DNA from: Capsulimonadales bacterium
Lineage (GTDB): Bacteria > Armatimonadota > Armatimonadia > Armatimonadales > Armatimonadaceae
DNA length: 30,928 bases
NCBI GenBank assembly: GCA_033762295.1
Contig: JANRLW010000059.1
Coordinates: 1 to 30,928, forward strand
Direction: 5' to 3'
Positions 8,237-18,335 of this stretch are shown one piece after another (position 1 is the stretch's first letter; each line of letters starts with the position of its first letter). Below the pieces are notes generated by a model. That model worked only from the letters and a program-made list of their open reading frames with translations. It was not told the origin of the DNA and ran no database searches. The position numbers and the translations under genes were made by a program.

Positions 8237-9661
8237 ATGACCCCAAAAGAAGTTATCGAATTGGCGAAAGCCAACGATGTCAAAATCATCGACATCAAAT
8301 TCTGCGACCTTTTCGGCACCTGGCAGCACTTCTCCGTCGCTGCGAAGATTCTGGACGAGGATCTTTTCAACGAAGGTATCGGGTTCGACGGTTCGTCGAT
8401 TCGCGGTTTCCAAAAGATCAACGAATCGGACATGCTCCTGTTCCCCGATCCCAACTTCGCGTTCATCGACCCCTTCACCGATGTCCCGACGCTGTCGCTG
8501 GTCTGCGATATCAAGGACCCGATGACCGGTGCGCCCTACTCCCGCGACCCGCGTTACACGGCCAAGAAAGCCGAACAGTATCTGAAGGACTCCGGCATCG
8601 CCGATGTCGCCTATTTCGGTGCGGAATCCGAATTCTTCATCTTTGACGAAGTCCGCTTCGACTACAAGCCGAACTCCTCGATGCACTTTGTCGACAGTTC
8701 GGAAGCGGCCTGGAACACGGGTCGCGCCGAGGAGGGTGGCAACCTCGGTTACAAGATTCCGTACAAGGGCGGGTACTTCCCGGTCGCGCCGTTCGATAAG
8801 TTCCAGGACCTGCGTACCGAGATGATGCTCACCATGATCGAGGCGGGGATCGATGTCGAGGTGCAGCATCACGAGGTGGCGACGGCAGGACAGGCGGAGA
8901 TCGACCTGAAGTTCGGTCCCCTGCTGAAGCATGCCGATGACATGATTCTTTACAAGTACATTGTCAAGAACGTTGCCGCCCAGAACGGTTACACGGCGAC
9001 CTTCATGCCGAAGCCGCTGTTCCAGGACAACGGATCGGGAATGCATACCCACGTTTCGTTCTGGAAGGACGGGGAAACCCTGATGTTCCAGGAGGGCACC
9101 TACGCCAACCTGTCCGATCTGGCTCGCTGGTATATCGGCGGTGTCCTGCTTCATGCCCCGGCGGTCCTGGCGTTCGCCGCTCCGACCACCAACTCCTATC
9201 GCCGCCTGGTTCCCGGCTACGAAGCGCCGATCTACCTGGCCTACTCGAACCGTAACCGCTCCGCCGCGTGCCGCATCCCGGCCTACTCCAACTCCCCCAA
9301 GGCGAAGCGCGTCGAGTTCCGCGCCCCGGACCCGTCGAGCAACCCGTATCTGTGCTTCTCCGCTCTTCTGATGGCCGGCCTGGACGGTATCAAGAACAAG
9401 ATCGAACCGCCCGCCCCGGTTGATCATGACATTTACGAGATGACCCCGGCAGAACTCGAGGAGCGGGGCATCAAGCAGGCGCCCGGCAGCCTGGACGAAG
9501 CGCTGTCCGCGCTTGAAACGGACCACGACTTCCTGCTGGAAGGCGGCGTCTTTACCAAGGACCTGATCGAGAACTACATCGAGTACAAGCGAATCAACGA
9601 GGTGGACGCGATCCGTCTGCGCCCGCACCCCTACGAATTCGCGCTGTACTTCAACGTCTGA
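8237..9661 (+). CDS. glnA: Glutamine synthetase type I
   Basis: 'FDGSSIRGF', '[10 protein letters not shown]', '[12 protein letters not shown]', '[20 protein letters not shown]', '[13 protein letters not shown]', 'NRSAACRIP', '[11 protein letters not shown]'. The adenylylation-site Tyr region is present ('DHDIYEM'). Confidence 0.98.
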   Translation: MTPKEVIELAKANDVKIIDIKFCDLFGTWQHFSVAAKILDEDLFNEGIGFDGSSIRGFQKINESDMLLFPDPNFAFIDPFTDVPTLSLVCDIKDPMTGAPYSRDPRYTAKKAEQYLKDSGIADVAYFGAESEFFIFDEVRFDYKPNSSMHFVDSSEAAWNTGRAEEGGNLGYKIPYKGGYFPVAPFDKFQDLRTEMMLTMIEAGIDVEVQHHEVATAGQAEIDLKFGPLLKHADDMILYKYIVKNVAAQNGYTATFMPKPLFQDNGSGMHTHVSFWKDGETLMFQEGTYANLSDLARWYIGGVLLHAPAVLAFAAPTTNSYRRLVPGYEAPIYLAYSNRNRSAACRIPAYSNSPKAKRVEFRAPDPSSNPYLCFSALLMAGLDGIKNKIEPPAPVDHDIYEMTPAELEERGIKQAPGSLDEALSALETDHDFLLEGGVFTKDLIENYIEYKRINEVDAIRLRPHPYEFALYFNV

Positions 9662-9676
9662 TCCCGATCGTCGGGA

Positions 9677-9715
9677 CGTCCTCCGGCGGATTCGATCCCT
9701 CCCCGCCGGAGGACG
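9677..9715 (+). terminator. 13-bp perfect stem after glnA (terminator or mRNA-stabilising hairpin, no U-tract)
   Basis: cgtcctccggcgg (9677-9689) pairs with ccgccggaggacg (9703-9715). Confidence 0.55.
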
Positions 9716-10010
9716 CCCCTAACCGACGAAAAACCGGCCGTAGCACAAGGCGGTGCACGGAATCCCCCCTCTTTTTCTCCCGTCGAACGGTGTCGTCACG
9801 GGAATTCGAAATCGGACACGGCGTCACGGATCTCCCGGAACGACCTCGTTGCCTGCAGGCAGCACGGAACGCCGATGCGACCAGGATAACCAGGGAAACG
9901 TATCCTGATAGGTCGCCGTCCCAATTACCCTGAATACCCGAAACACCATTACGACGAACGGACGACGAACAGAACCCCTGCTCGACGTACGACCCGGAGG
10001 CATTCATTTC

Positions 10011-11213
10011 ATGCGGACACACTCTTCCCGCGTTCCGTCCCCGGTGCGCGCCATCTCTCTGGCGACGCTCCTGACCACGTGCGCTCTCCCGACCTGTGCG
10101 CAGTCGTCCGCCCCGGCCGCGCCCCCGATCACGATCAACGCGCAGGTCGAGGCGAACTATACCGCCAACTTCAACAAACCGTTCAACGGCAGCAACCTGT
10201 ATCTCTACAATACCAAGGAAGGTCAGTTCTCGGTCAACCTGGCCGAGATTCGGGTCGGCAAAGCGGCGACTCCGGAATCCCGCACCGGATTCGTCGTTCG
10301 CCTGATCGAGGGCGAGGTACGTACCCTGCGAAACTTCAACGTCGGGGAGTTCGGCGGTCTTCCGAACGTGCTGGAAGCCTATGCCACCTTCCTGGCGCCG
10401 GTCGGCGGCAAGGATATCAAGGTGGATGTCGGTCAGTTCGTGACCCACGTCGGGTACGAGACCATCGATATCGGCACCAACAACTTCTTCTCGCGGAACT
10501 TTCTGTTCCAGTTCCCCTCACCATTCTATAACGCGGGTGTTCGCGCCGCCTATCCGGTCGGCCCCTCGACCACCGTTTCCGGCTTCGTCCTGAACCGGTA
10601 CAACGGAACGAACGACACCGGCAACCGCGATGTCGCTCCCGGATTCCAGGTTGCCCAGACCCTCTCCGGCGGTTCCTCGCTGATTCTGAACGGTCTTTAC
10701 TCCCGGGATAACGTCACGTATGACGGTACCCAGCAGCCCGGCACGGCCATCAACCAGACGAACAAATCCCTGGGCGTGCTCGACCTGGTTTACACCGGTC
10801 AGTTCGGTCCCCGGTTCAAGGTGGTTGCCGAGGGTCTGTATCGATTCGGCAAGACGGTGGTCCCCGGCAGCCAGAACGGTACCACTCAGGACGTCTCCTA
10901 CAACGTCACGGGCGGCGCCCTTTATCTGATCGCGACCAACCGATCCGGCAATGTCGCGGCGCTCCGGGGCGAGTACATCACGCAGAGCAAAACCAATGCG
11001 GGGGTGATTCCGAGCGGAGACGCGTCGAAGAAGCCCAACATTTCCAGCATCACGGCGTCCTACGAACTGCGCTCCGGACTGTTCCCCGGAATGCGGACGA
11101 TCTTGGAATATCGGTATGACAACGCCAATACCGAAATCTTCGCGAGCAAGGACGCCAATACGTTCAAAAAGAACCAGAGCACGCTGACCGTCGGACAGGT
11201 CTTCGCCTTCTGA
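10011..11213 (+). CDS. Outer-membrane beta-barrel porin (BBP2/DUF1597-like)
   Basis: Signal peptide, 'EANYTANFNKP', 'VGQFVTHVGYETID', 'NNFFSRNFLF', 'LEYRYD', terminal Phe. SD GGAGG upstream. Confidence 0.8.
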   Translation: MRTHSSRVPSPVRAISLATLLTTCALPTCAQSSAPAAPPITINAQVEANYTANFNKPFNGSNLYLYNTKEGQFSVNLAEIRVGKAATPESRTGFVVRLIEGEVRTLRNFNVGEFGGLPNVLEAYATFLAPVGGKDIKVDVGQFVTHVGYETIDIGTNNFFSRNFLFQFPSPFYNAGVRAAYPVGPSTTVSGFVLNRYNGTNDTGNRDVAPGFQVAQTLSGGSSLILNGLYSRDNVTYDGTQQPGTAINQTNKSLGVLDLVYTGQFGPRFKVVAEGLYRFGKTVVPGSQNGTTQDVSYNVTGGALYLIATNRSGNVAALRGEYITQSKTNAGVIPSGDASKKPNISSITASYELRSGLFPGMRTILEYRYDNANTEIFASKDANTFKKNQSTLTVGQVFAF

Positions 11214-11220
11214 TCGGACG

Positions 11221-11262
11221 ATCGGCGCGCCGCTCCAATCCACCCGTGGACGGCGCGCCGAT
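11221..11262. terminator. Hairpin between the convergent porin and GH52 genes
   Basis: atcggcgcgccg (11221-11232) pairs with cggcgcgccgat (11251-11262), with an inner tcca/tgga pair. Confidence 0.6.
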
Positions 11263-11290
11263 TCCCTCACGGATTCCGGACGTTAGAACG

Positions 11291-13471
11291 TCATATCATC
11301 CAGAGATGGCTGGTGACTCCGCGCGGGTAAAATCGCGATCCCAGGTCCGCGCCATCGGTCGATCTTACCTGGTCGGTGAACGCATGGTTACGCGCCTCGC
11401 CTTCCCGCAGCCAGCGGGCATGTGCCTGATCGGTCGACGGCGGCACTTTCAACCCCAGGATCGTTTCGGCCACGAACTGAATGAGAAACAGCTTGCTCAG
11501 CCAGGTGTTTTCCGAAACCGATGTGATCTTCAGACCGCCGCTCACCCGGTCGATGCAGATGCCGGGAGTTAACGCCGCCTTCATATGTCGACGTAACTGG
11601 CTGATCAGCTGTCCGTACCGCCCGTACGGCGACACGGCGTCCTCATCCCCCCAGAGATACGGGTAGACTAACGACTCGACGACGGGCAGGGTCCGGGCCG
11701 CGCCGCCCGGACTGTCCTTTTCAAAAAGCGCGGGAAAAAACTCATCCACCTCCCGCCACTGCGCGGCGATCGTCGCTGCCGCGCAGGCCGCTCTCTCCTC
11801 GGCCTCGACCGCCGACGGTTCCTCGCCGAGGGTGTCGAAACAGCGCGACAGGGCAAGATAGGCCGCCCAGGTCTTTACCGCCAGATACGCACTGCCGCGC
11901 GCCTGACCGAGGGACGGGTCGAGCGAGTCGTAGGTCGTAATCTCCTGTCCGTTTCGGCACCGCCCCGAATCAAAGGACATCAGGCCGTTGCGCAACGCAT
12001 CCGGCCCATCCCGGTGGAGCAGACTTCTCAGGCAGGCATGCAGCGTATTGCGGTGCGCCGCCAGCCAGAAGACATCGCCTTCCGCGAGCACCGTCGGCAG
12101 ACCGTAGAGCGCAGCGCAAAGGCAGAAGTTACACAGCTGCTCATAGGTCATGTAGGAGAAACAACCCGACAGATCCGGGCGTTCATAGGCCGAGAAACGG
12201 GCCGGCGCGAACTGATTCGCCACCCCCATGTCGTGGGTAAAGGAGATTCCGCCGGGGAATCGGGGACGCGCCGGATCGGTCGCATCCTGAACCTCATCAG
12301 TATAGGAATACCGATGGATCAACAGATCGAGGGTGTTCCGCAGCGTCCACGGATGGTATAGAAGCTCGAAGAACGCCTGGTCCACGGTCAGGTCGAGCGT
12401 GTTGAGCATCCGATACTCGCCTTCGTTGACCACCCAGATCGGCCGATGCACCGTCGTGGCGAACGGCGACCGTGGCAGCGCGCCGCGTTCATCGTGCAGC
12501 AGCATCGTTGAGCCGAGATAGGAATGGGTGCTGTGGGCCACGAGGAATTTTCGCTCGTCGGAGAGACCGGTCGCGTCCAGTTCCTCGTCACAGAGACGCG
12601 CCGTGTCGATATATTCGTCGATATTTTCGACGGCGAAGGCCAGCGCAGTGTCCAGGTCGCTGAACAGCCGGGAGTAAAGGTACGTGGTGGCGATCCCCGA
12701 AGTCACGATTCCGTGCCGGAAAAACCCGAGAGCCAGACGGCAGGTACGTATCTCCCCGGCCGGGACGGTCATCAGCAGGCCGCCCCGGTTCGCCAGCCGT
12801 TCGATCGGCGGCGCGGCATCGGAATCGGCCAGGGCGACCGCCGTTTCCAGTTCCCAGGTCTGGAGTTCGCGCAGTGCGCGGCCCGGCAGCGGAGCGGCGG
12901 CGAAACCGTATTCCCCGCCGCGAGCCATCCCCAGGAGGCCGTTACCCGCATCGGAGAGCGGTCGCAGCGGATCCGCCGCTCCGATCCCGAAAAAGCCGAA
13001 CGCCTCCCCGTCCCCGTCCCGGTTGTCCACGGTCAACTCGGCGAAAATGGCCGGGCACAGATGTCGACGCATCTCTCCGTCGCCGATCTCAACCACGTCG
13101 GGCACGGGGCCGAAAGGCGTATGGAGCGTGAAGGTCAGGGAACCGGCGGCCCAGCTATCGGTCGCCCATCCCAGGGTTCGGACGATCTCCTCCGGACCGA
13201 AGGTTCGCCAGTGGGCGGAACGCGCGGAATCGGACGGAGCGACTTCTCCGGTATAGGCGATCGAGGGCGAGGAGGACGGTCGGAAAAACGGCAGCGCCTC
13301 CACCCCTTTTCCGGGCCGAACGACCGCGATATAGACGTCCTGGTCGGCGGGACCGGCGAGTTCCGAGCCGAACCCGCCCCGGAATCCGTGCCGCCCGAGC
13401 GTGAACGACGCGAACGCGCCGAAAGGGCTGTGATGCGCATAAAAGTCGGTTGTCGGAAGCGGTTTTGGCAC
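11291..13471 (-). CDS. Glycoside hydrolase family 52 beta-xylosidase
   Basis: 'HHSPFGAFASFTLG', catalytic-region motifs 'WVVNEGEYRMLNTLDL' and 'EITTYDSLDPSLGQAR', 'GGISFTHDMGVAN', 'GSRFYPRGVTS'. GTG start with SD GAAGGAGG. Confidence 0.92.
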   Translation of the reverse strand: MPKPLPTTDFYAHHSPFGAFASFTLGRHGFRGGFGSELAGPADQDVYIAVVRPGKGVEALPFFRPSSSPSIAYTGEVAPSDSARSAHWRTFGPEEIVRTLGWATDSWAAGSLTFTLHTPFGPVPDVVEIGDGEMRRHLCPAIFAELTVDNRDGDGEAFGFFGIGAADPLRPLSDAGNGLLGMARGGEYGFAAAPLPGRALRELQTWELETAVALADSDAAPPIERLANRGGLLMTVPAGEIRTCRLALGFFRHGIVTSGIATTYLYSRLFSDLDTALAFAVENIDEYIDTARLCDEELDATGLSDERKFLVAHSTHSYLGSTMLLHDERGALPRSPFATTVHRPIWVVNEGEYRMLNTLDLTVDQAFFELLYHPWTLRNTLDLLIHRYSYTDEVQDATDPARPRFPGGISFTHDMGVANQFAPARFSAYERPDLSGCFSYMTYEQLCNFCLCAALYGLPTVLAEGDVFWLAAHRNTLHACLRSLLHRDGPDALRNGLMSFDSGRCRNGQEITTYDSLDPSLGQARGSAYLAVKTWAAYLALSRCFDTLGEEPSAVEAEERAACAAATIAAQWREVDEFFPALFEKDSPGGAARTLPVVESLVYPYLWGDEDAVSPYGRYGQLISQLRRHMKAALTPGICIDRVSGGLKITSVSENTWLSKLFLIQFVAETILGLKVPPSTDQAHARWLREGEARNHAFTDQVRSTDGADLGSRFYPRGVTSHLWMI

Positions 13472-13493
13472 CGGGCCCCTCCTTCAGTAGCGA

Positions 13494-14678
13494 TTAACGA
13501 CGCAAGGGGTTCTTCAAGCGTTCGTAAATACGTTGTTCGAGGTGAACGAACGAAGCCTCGCCCGCCATGATGCGCCCGACCAGGCGCGTCCCTGCCGGAT
13601 TCTTGACACCGAGTCGGTAGGATAGATACGGGGCGCGATGGAAGACACGCCCGACACGCAGCGCGGCATCGAACTCCGCCCCGAACGCCGCCGCGACCGC
13701 CCCCGTATATTCCTGTGTCGTACCGGCTGCCAGGTGGGCCGCCGCCAGTGCCCCGGTTCGTACGGCGTACTGGATCCCTTCGCCGAACAGCGGTTGCACG
13801 ACCCCGGCGGCATCCCCCACCAGTAGAACCCGACCGTCCGCCGTTGCCAGCGGCTCGGTTCCGGTCCAGAACGGTATCGGATGCGCCCATAACTTCGGCG
13901 CGTCCGCTCCGTCCGGACAGGTTCGACCGACGGAGCGCATCAGGATATCGATCGCGGATTTCAAAAGATGGCCGACACGGTTCTCCATTTTCGCCGAGGG
14001 GCGCTTCGGCAACAGCATTCCCGCGCCGACCGAGAGAAAGCCCGTTTTGGGAAAGATCCAGGCATATCCGTTCGGTACGGTTCCGTAATCGAGATAGGCG
14101 GTTTCCGGGTACAGAGGTTCGCCGTCCTCATCCGGGATTTCGATCTCGCGAGCGATCCCGTACTGGCGGCGGAGCCGAAGCCCGACCCGCGGCCCGACGA
14201 TCCCCTTCGCGCCATCCGCCCCGACGACATAGCGAGCCTGCCAGGTCTCGCCGTCGGTTGAAACCACCCGAACCGCTTCCGACTCGGGCAGTACGTCCCG
14301 GACCCGCACGCCGGTTCGGATGTCCGCGCCGGCGGCCCGGGCGCGTTCGGTCAGGAAATGATCGAACTGCGGCCGTTTCACCATCCAGACGGGCGCGAGC
14401 GTTCCTGCCGTGGTCCGCATCTCCGCGAGAACCGGGTCCTTTCCTTTCCAGGAATGGCGTAACCGGGTCACCGTCAGGTCGGAGAACACCGACGGATCGT
14501 CGAATCCCGCGATTTGCTCCGCCAGCGAGGCCGGAATCCCCCCTCCGCAGGGTTTGTAACGCGGTAAAGTCGCGGCGCGTTCCAGCAGCAAAACCCGCAT
14601 GCCGGCGTCGGCGGCCTTCCAGGCGCAGGTCGCGCCGCCCGGACCGCTACCAACGACAATCACATCCCAGATCGGCAT
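13494..14678 (-). CDS. Geranylgeranyl reductase family flavoprotein
   Basis: 'DVIVVGSGPGGA', 'PRYKPCGGG', 'VVGADGA', 'GYAWIFPK', 'LVGDAAGVVQPLFGEGIQYA'. Confidence 0.9.
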   Translation of the reverse strand: MPIWDVIVVGSGPGGATCAWKAADAGMRVLLLERAATLPRYKPCGGGIPASLAEQIAGFDDPSVFSDLTVTRLRHSWKGKDPVLAEMRTTAGTLAPVWMVKRPQFDHFLTERARAAGADIRTGVRVRDVLPESEAVRVVSTDGETWQARYVVGADGAKGIVGPRVGLRLRRQYGIAREIEIPDEDGEPLYPETAYLDYGTVPNGYAWIFPKTGFLSVGAGMLLPKRPSAKMENRVGHLLKSAIDILMRSVGRTCPDGADAPKLWAHPIPFWTGTEPLATADGRVLLVGDAAGVVQPLFGEGIQYAVRTGALAAAHLAAGTTQEYTGAVAAAFGAEFDAALRVGRVFHRAPYLSYRLGVKNPAGTRLVGRIMAGEASFVHLEQRIYERLKNPLRR

Positions 14679-14951
14679 CTGTCAACCGGCTCCATTCTAA
14701 GGTTCACATGGATCAAATGTTCGCCGTCGATTATATCGGTTATATCGGTTGAAAACGAGCGGCGCCCAACCCCGGATTTGTCCTTTTCCTCGCCGGACGA
14801 CCATGTTCCGGGACGGCTACGTGATGCTTAACGTAATTGTACCGGGAATACCCGCCGTTGAAACCTTTCCGAAACGCTGGCCCGTTTCCTGCCTTCGAAT
14901 GATTGGCCCCATGCCGTCTCGTCACCATCTTAAAGAGGAAGGATTTACGCT

Positions 14952-16112
14952 ATGAAATCTCCCCGGTTTTCGCGACGGGTGTTTTCCGTTGCGGCTCTGA
15001 CCGCTCTTGCCGCTGTCGGCAGCGTTCCCGCGCTGGCCCAGTCGGATATTACGTTCGGAGGGGACGCCCGCGCTTTTGCTATGGGCGGTGCGGGAATCGC
15101 GCTTCAGAACCTGTCCGGAGCCAACCGCATCAACCCCGCAACCCTGGCCTTCGAGGTACGCCGGTTCGACCTGATCGCCCCCTCGATCGCCGTCCGGACC
15201 GAAAACGACCTCTCCGTCAGCCGTGTCTACGACTATTTCTTCACCGGGCGATTGAAAGATGGCGGCGACCTCAACGACATCGTTCGGACGTTCAGCGGGA
15301 AAGATTCCGTCTTCGGCGTCAACGGCAGCGCGGGAATCCGCGTTGGCAGTGTCGAGGTGTCCGGCTTCGCGGTCGGCAAGGGACGCCTGCTGATCAACAA
15401 CGATCTGCGCAACTGGATCGAAAGCGGCCGGCCGGGCGAGGGCAGTAGCACCGCAATTCGGGACAATGCGCCGAACTCCCGTGCCGATGTCATCGCCGCC
15501 GGTTACTACAATCTCCCGGCGATCGGGGTGGGAGTCCGCCTCCCGATGCCCGAATCCGCCCGACAGCATGTCGCCGTCGGCGTCCGCGTGAAGGTGATGC
15601 GGGCCTATTACGCCCATTACCTCGCCGATGCCGCCGTCCTGGATGCCGCCGCCGATGCGTTCGCCGCCCCGGAACTCCGGGGCAGGGACTATCTGGACAA
15701 GCGGGGGGTCGGCGCGGATCTCGGTTTTCTCTGGCGGCAGACGCCGCGACCGGCCGGTGTTTTCAGTGCGGGGTTGGTCGTCGCCAATGTCGTCAATCCG
15801 CGCTTCAAATTCTCCGGCACCGATCGGAACGGCGCTCCGACGACGGTCGATCTGCTCAAAACGACGGCCAGCCTCGGCGCGGGCTACCAGTGGAAAGGCT
15901 TGACCGCAGCGGCGGACCTGGTCGACGTCACCGGCGGAGGTGATTCGCGCCAGTTCCGGACCGGTGCGGAGTACGCCTTCGGGAGAAACCTCGCCCTGCG
16001 TGGCGGGTACAGTTCCGCCGGAGGCTTTACCTACGGCGGCGGACTGTTCGGCTTCAATGTCGCTTTCGGTCAGCGTCAGCCGCTCGAAGTCGTGCGAACC
16101 ATCAATTTTTAG
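14952..16112 (+). CDS. Outer-membrane beta-barrel protein (TraF_2/FadL/PorV-like)
   Basis: Signal peptide, 'DARAFAMGGAGIA...NPATLA' N-terminal plug motif, amphipathic strands, 'GAEY', 'LRGGY', terminal Phe. Confidence 0.7.
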   Translation: MKSPRFSRRVFSVAALTALAAVGSVPALAQSDITFGGDARAFAMGGAGIALQNLSGANRINPATLAFEVRRFDLIAPSIAVRTENDLSVSRVYDYFFTGRLKDGGDLNDIVRTFSGKDSVFGVNGSAGIRVGSVEVSGFAVGKGRLLINNDLRNWIESGRPGEGSSTAIRDNAPNSRADVIAAGYYNLPAIGVGVRLPMPESARQHVAVGVRVKVMRAYYAHYLADAAVLDAAADAFAAPELRGRDYLDKRGVGADLGFLWRQTPRPAGVFSAGLVVANVVNPRFKFSGTDRNGAPTTVDLLKTTASLGAGYQWKGLTAAADLVDVTGGGDSRQFRTGAEYAFGRNLALRGGYSSAGGFTYGGGLFGFNVAFGQRQPLEVVRTINF

Positions 16113-16124
16113 TTCGAAAGGACC

Positions 16125-16170
16125 GGTCGCCCCGATCGCGCTTTTTGCGCGGCGGGGCGACCTGTTTTTT
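16125..16170 (+). terminator. Rho-independent terminator
   Basis: ggtcgccccg..cgcgc/gcgcg..cggggcgacc stem followed by tgtttttt. Confidence 0.75.
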
Positions 16171-16251
16171 CCGCGCCCGGAACGATACAATAACGGGACG
16201 TCCCCCGAAAAAGATGCCAGCGGGCGTCCGAACGGGTAAAATGGCGCAGTC

Positions 16252-18252
16252 ATGAGTCGATCGAACAAACGTTACTACATCACGACCCCCATCTATTACG
16301 TCAACGGTTCTCCGCATATCGGCACCGCGACCACCACGGTTCTGGCCGATGCCACGAAACGGTACCATCTCCTGCGGGGCGAGGACGCCTTTTTCCTGAC
16401 CGGGACCGATGAAAACGCCCGGAAGGTGCTGGATGCCGCCGCGAAAGTCGGGATGGAACCGCAGGCGTTCGTGGACGAGGTATCGCAGCGGTTCGTCCGC
16501 GCCTGGCAGTTCCTTGGCTGTGATAACGACGCCTTCTTTCGTACGTCCGACGATCGCCACTTCCGATGCGTTCAGGAGGTCTGGCGTCGTCTGTGGGAAA
16601 AAGGCGACATCTACAAAGGCGAGTACGAGGGCTGGTACTCCGTTTCCGAGGAGACCTTTTTCCGCGACACCGACGTGGACGCCGAACGTAAGGTCGTGAC
16701 CGCCGAGGGTCCGAGCAAGGGCGCGGTCGTCGAGCGGGTCAAAGAGGAATCTTTCTTCTTTCGTCTTTCGGCCTATGGCGAACCGCTCCGGCAGTACATT
16801 CTCGATAACCCGGACTTTCTGATCCCGGAGACGCGAAAAAACGAGGTGCTGGCGTTCATCGATCAGGGGTTGCGCGATCTGAATATCACCCAGAGCCGAA
16901 CCGGGTGGGGTATTCCGATTCCCGGCGTTCCCGGCAAGGTAGTGTATGTCTGGTTCGATGCGCTGATCAACTACCTTACCGAATCCGGCTGGCCCGACGA
17001 TCCGAACTGGGAGACCCTCTGGCCGGCGGACGTCCACCTGATGGGCAAGGAGATCTATACCCGCTTCCATGCCACGCTCTGGCCGGCGACCCTGATGGCG
17101 CTGGGGCTTCCGCTGCCCCGTCACGTGGTCGGACATGGCTGGTGGCTGGTCGGCGGCGAAAAGATGTCCAAATCCAGGGGGCCGATGCCGGAACCGCAGG
17201 AGGTCGTCGCGTTTCTGCACGGACGGTCCGGGGCGGCGGAACCGATCTGCATCGATGCCCTGCGCTACTACCTGCTGCGCGATATCCGATTCACCGATGA
17301 TGCGGAGTTTTCGCTCGATATGCTCGTCACCCGGTTCAATTCCGACCTGGCGAACGATCTCGGGAACGTCCTGAACCGCATTTTGCGCGCCGGATTCTTC
17401 GAGGGGGTCATTCCCGAAGCGCGCGTCCTGGATTCCGAATTGAAGGCGACGGCGGACCGGGCGGTGGCGGACTATGAAAAAGCTCTGGAGCGGTTTGACT
17501 GGGGCTCCGCCCTGCAGTCGGCCTGGTCACTGGTCTCGGCGGTCAATCTCTATTTTCAGGAGCAAGCCCCCTGGAACCTGGCGAAAAACGGCGACACGGC
17601 CGGGGTACGGGATGCCGTTTACAATGCCCTGGAAGGGGTCCGTCTCGCCTGTCTGCTCATCCATCCGGTCATGCCGCAGGCGACCCGGGCGATGGCATCG
17701 CAACTCGGGCTGACCGATTTCGCGGAGCGGGGCAGCTGGGCGCAGGGGTCCCGGTTCGGCGCGCTCGTGCCGGGAACGGCGACCGGCGAGGCCACCCCGC
17801 TCTTTCCGCGCATCGAAGTGAAGAAACCGGTGCCCGAACCGAAACCGACCCGCGAGACCAAAACGAAAACGGAAGCGAAACCTGACGTGAGCAACATACC
17901 TACCGCCGAACCCGAGGGCGGCGAACAGATTACCATCGACGAATTCGCGCGCGTGCAGTTCAAAGTGGCGGAAATCGTCGCGGCGGAACGAATCGAAGGG
18001 GCGAAGAAACTCCTGAAACTGCAGGTTCGTCTGGACGGCGACGAAACGCGACAGATCGTCTCCGGAATCGCCGACGCCTACGCGCCGGAGGCGCTGGTCG
18101 GAAAACAGATCGTCGTCGTGGCGAACCTGAAACCGGCCGTGCTGCGCGGTGTCGAGTCGCAGGGAATGCTGTTGGCGGCCACCGATGCCGAGGGACGCGC
18201 CGTCCTGCTGCATCCGGACAAAGTGGTGGCTCCCGGCAGCAAGGTGAAATAG
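16252..18252 (+). CDS. metG: Methionine--tRNA ligase with C-terminal tRNA-binding domain
   Basis: 'YYITTPIYYVNGSPHIG', 'FLTGTDE', 'YVWFDALINY', 'GKEI..FH', 'KMSKS', and a C-terminal 'RQIVSGIA..VVVANLKPAVLRGVESQGMLL'. Confidence 0.97.
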   Translation: MSRSNKRYYITTPIYYVNGSPHIGTATTTVLADATKRYHLLRGEDAFFLTGTDENARKVLDAAAKVGMEPQAFVDEVSQRFVRAWQFLGCDNDAFFRTSDDRHFRCVQEVWRRLWEKGDIYKGEYEGWYSVSEETFFRDTDVDAERKVVTAEGPSKGAVVERVKEESFFFRLSAYGEPLRQYILDNPDFLIPETRKNEVLAFIDQGLRDLNITQSRTGWGIPIPGVPGKVVYVWFDALINYLTESGWPDDPNWETLWPADVHLMGKEIYTRFHATLWPATLMALGLPLPRHVVGHGWWLVGGEKMSKSRGPMPEPQEVVAFLHGRSGAAEPICIDALRYYLLRDIRFTDDAEFSLDMLVTRFNSDLANDLGNVLNRILRAGFFEGVIPEARVLDSELKATADRAVADYEKALERFDWGSALQSAWSLVSAVNLYFQEQAPWNLAKNGDTAGVRDAVYNALEGVRLACLLIHPVMPQATRAMASQLGLTDFAERGSWAQGSRFGALVPGTATGEATPLFPRIEVKKPVPEPKPTRETKTKTEAKPDVSNIPTAEPEGGEQITIDEFARVQFKVAEIVAAERIEGAKKLLKLQVRLDGDETRQIVSGIADAYAPEALVGKQIVVVANLKPAVLRGVESQGMLLAATDAEGRAVLLHPDKVVAPGSKVK

Positions 18253-18335
18253 TACATTCGCTTCGGGACAGGTTTTTCTCTACGACAGGACGAAACGAAT
18301 CTCGTTCGACTCTTTTCGGAATGAGGTAGCCAGTC

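Noticed and set aside
14952..16112. TraF-like gene as evidence of a conjugative element
   Set aside because: There are no relaxase, T4SS, integrase or att features, and the gene has host-like GC among housekeeping genes.
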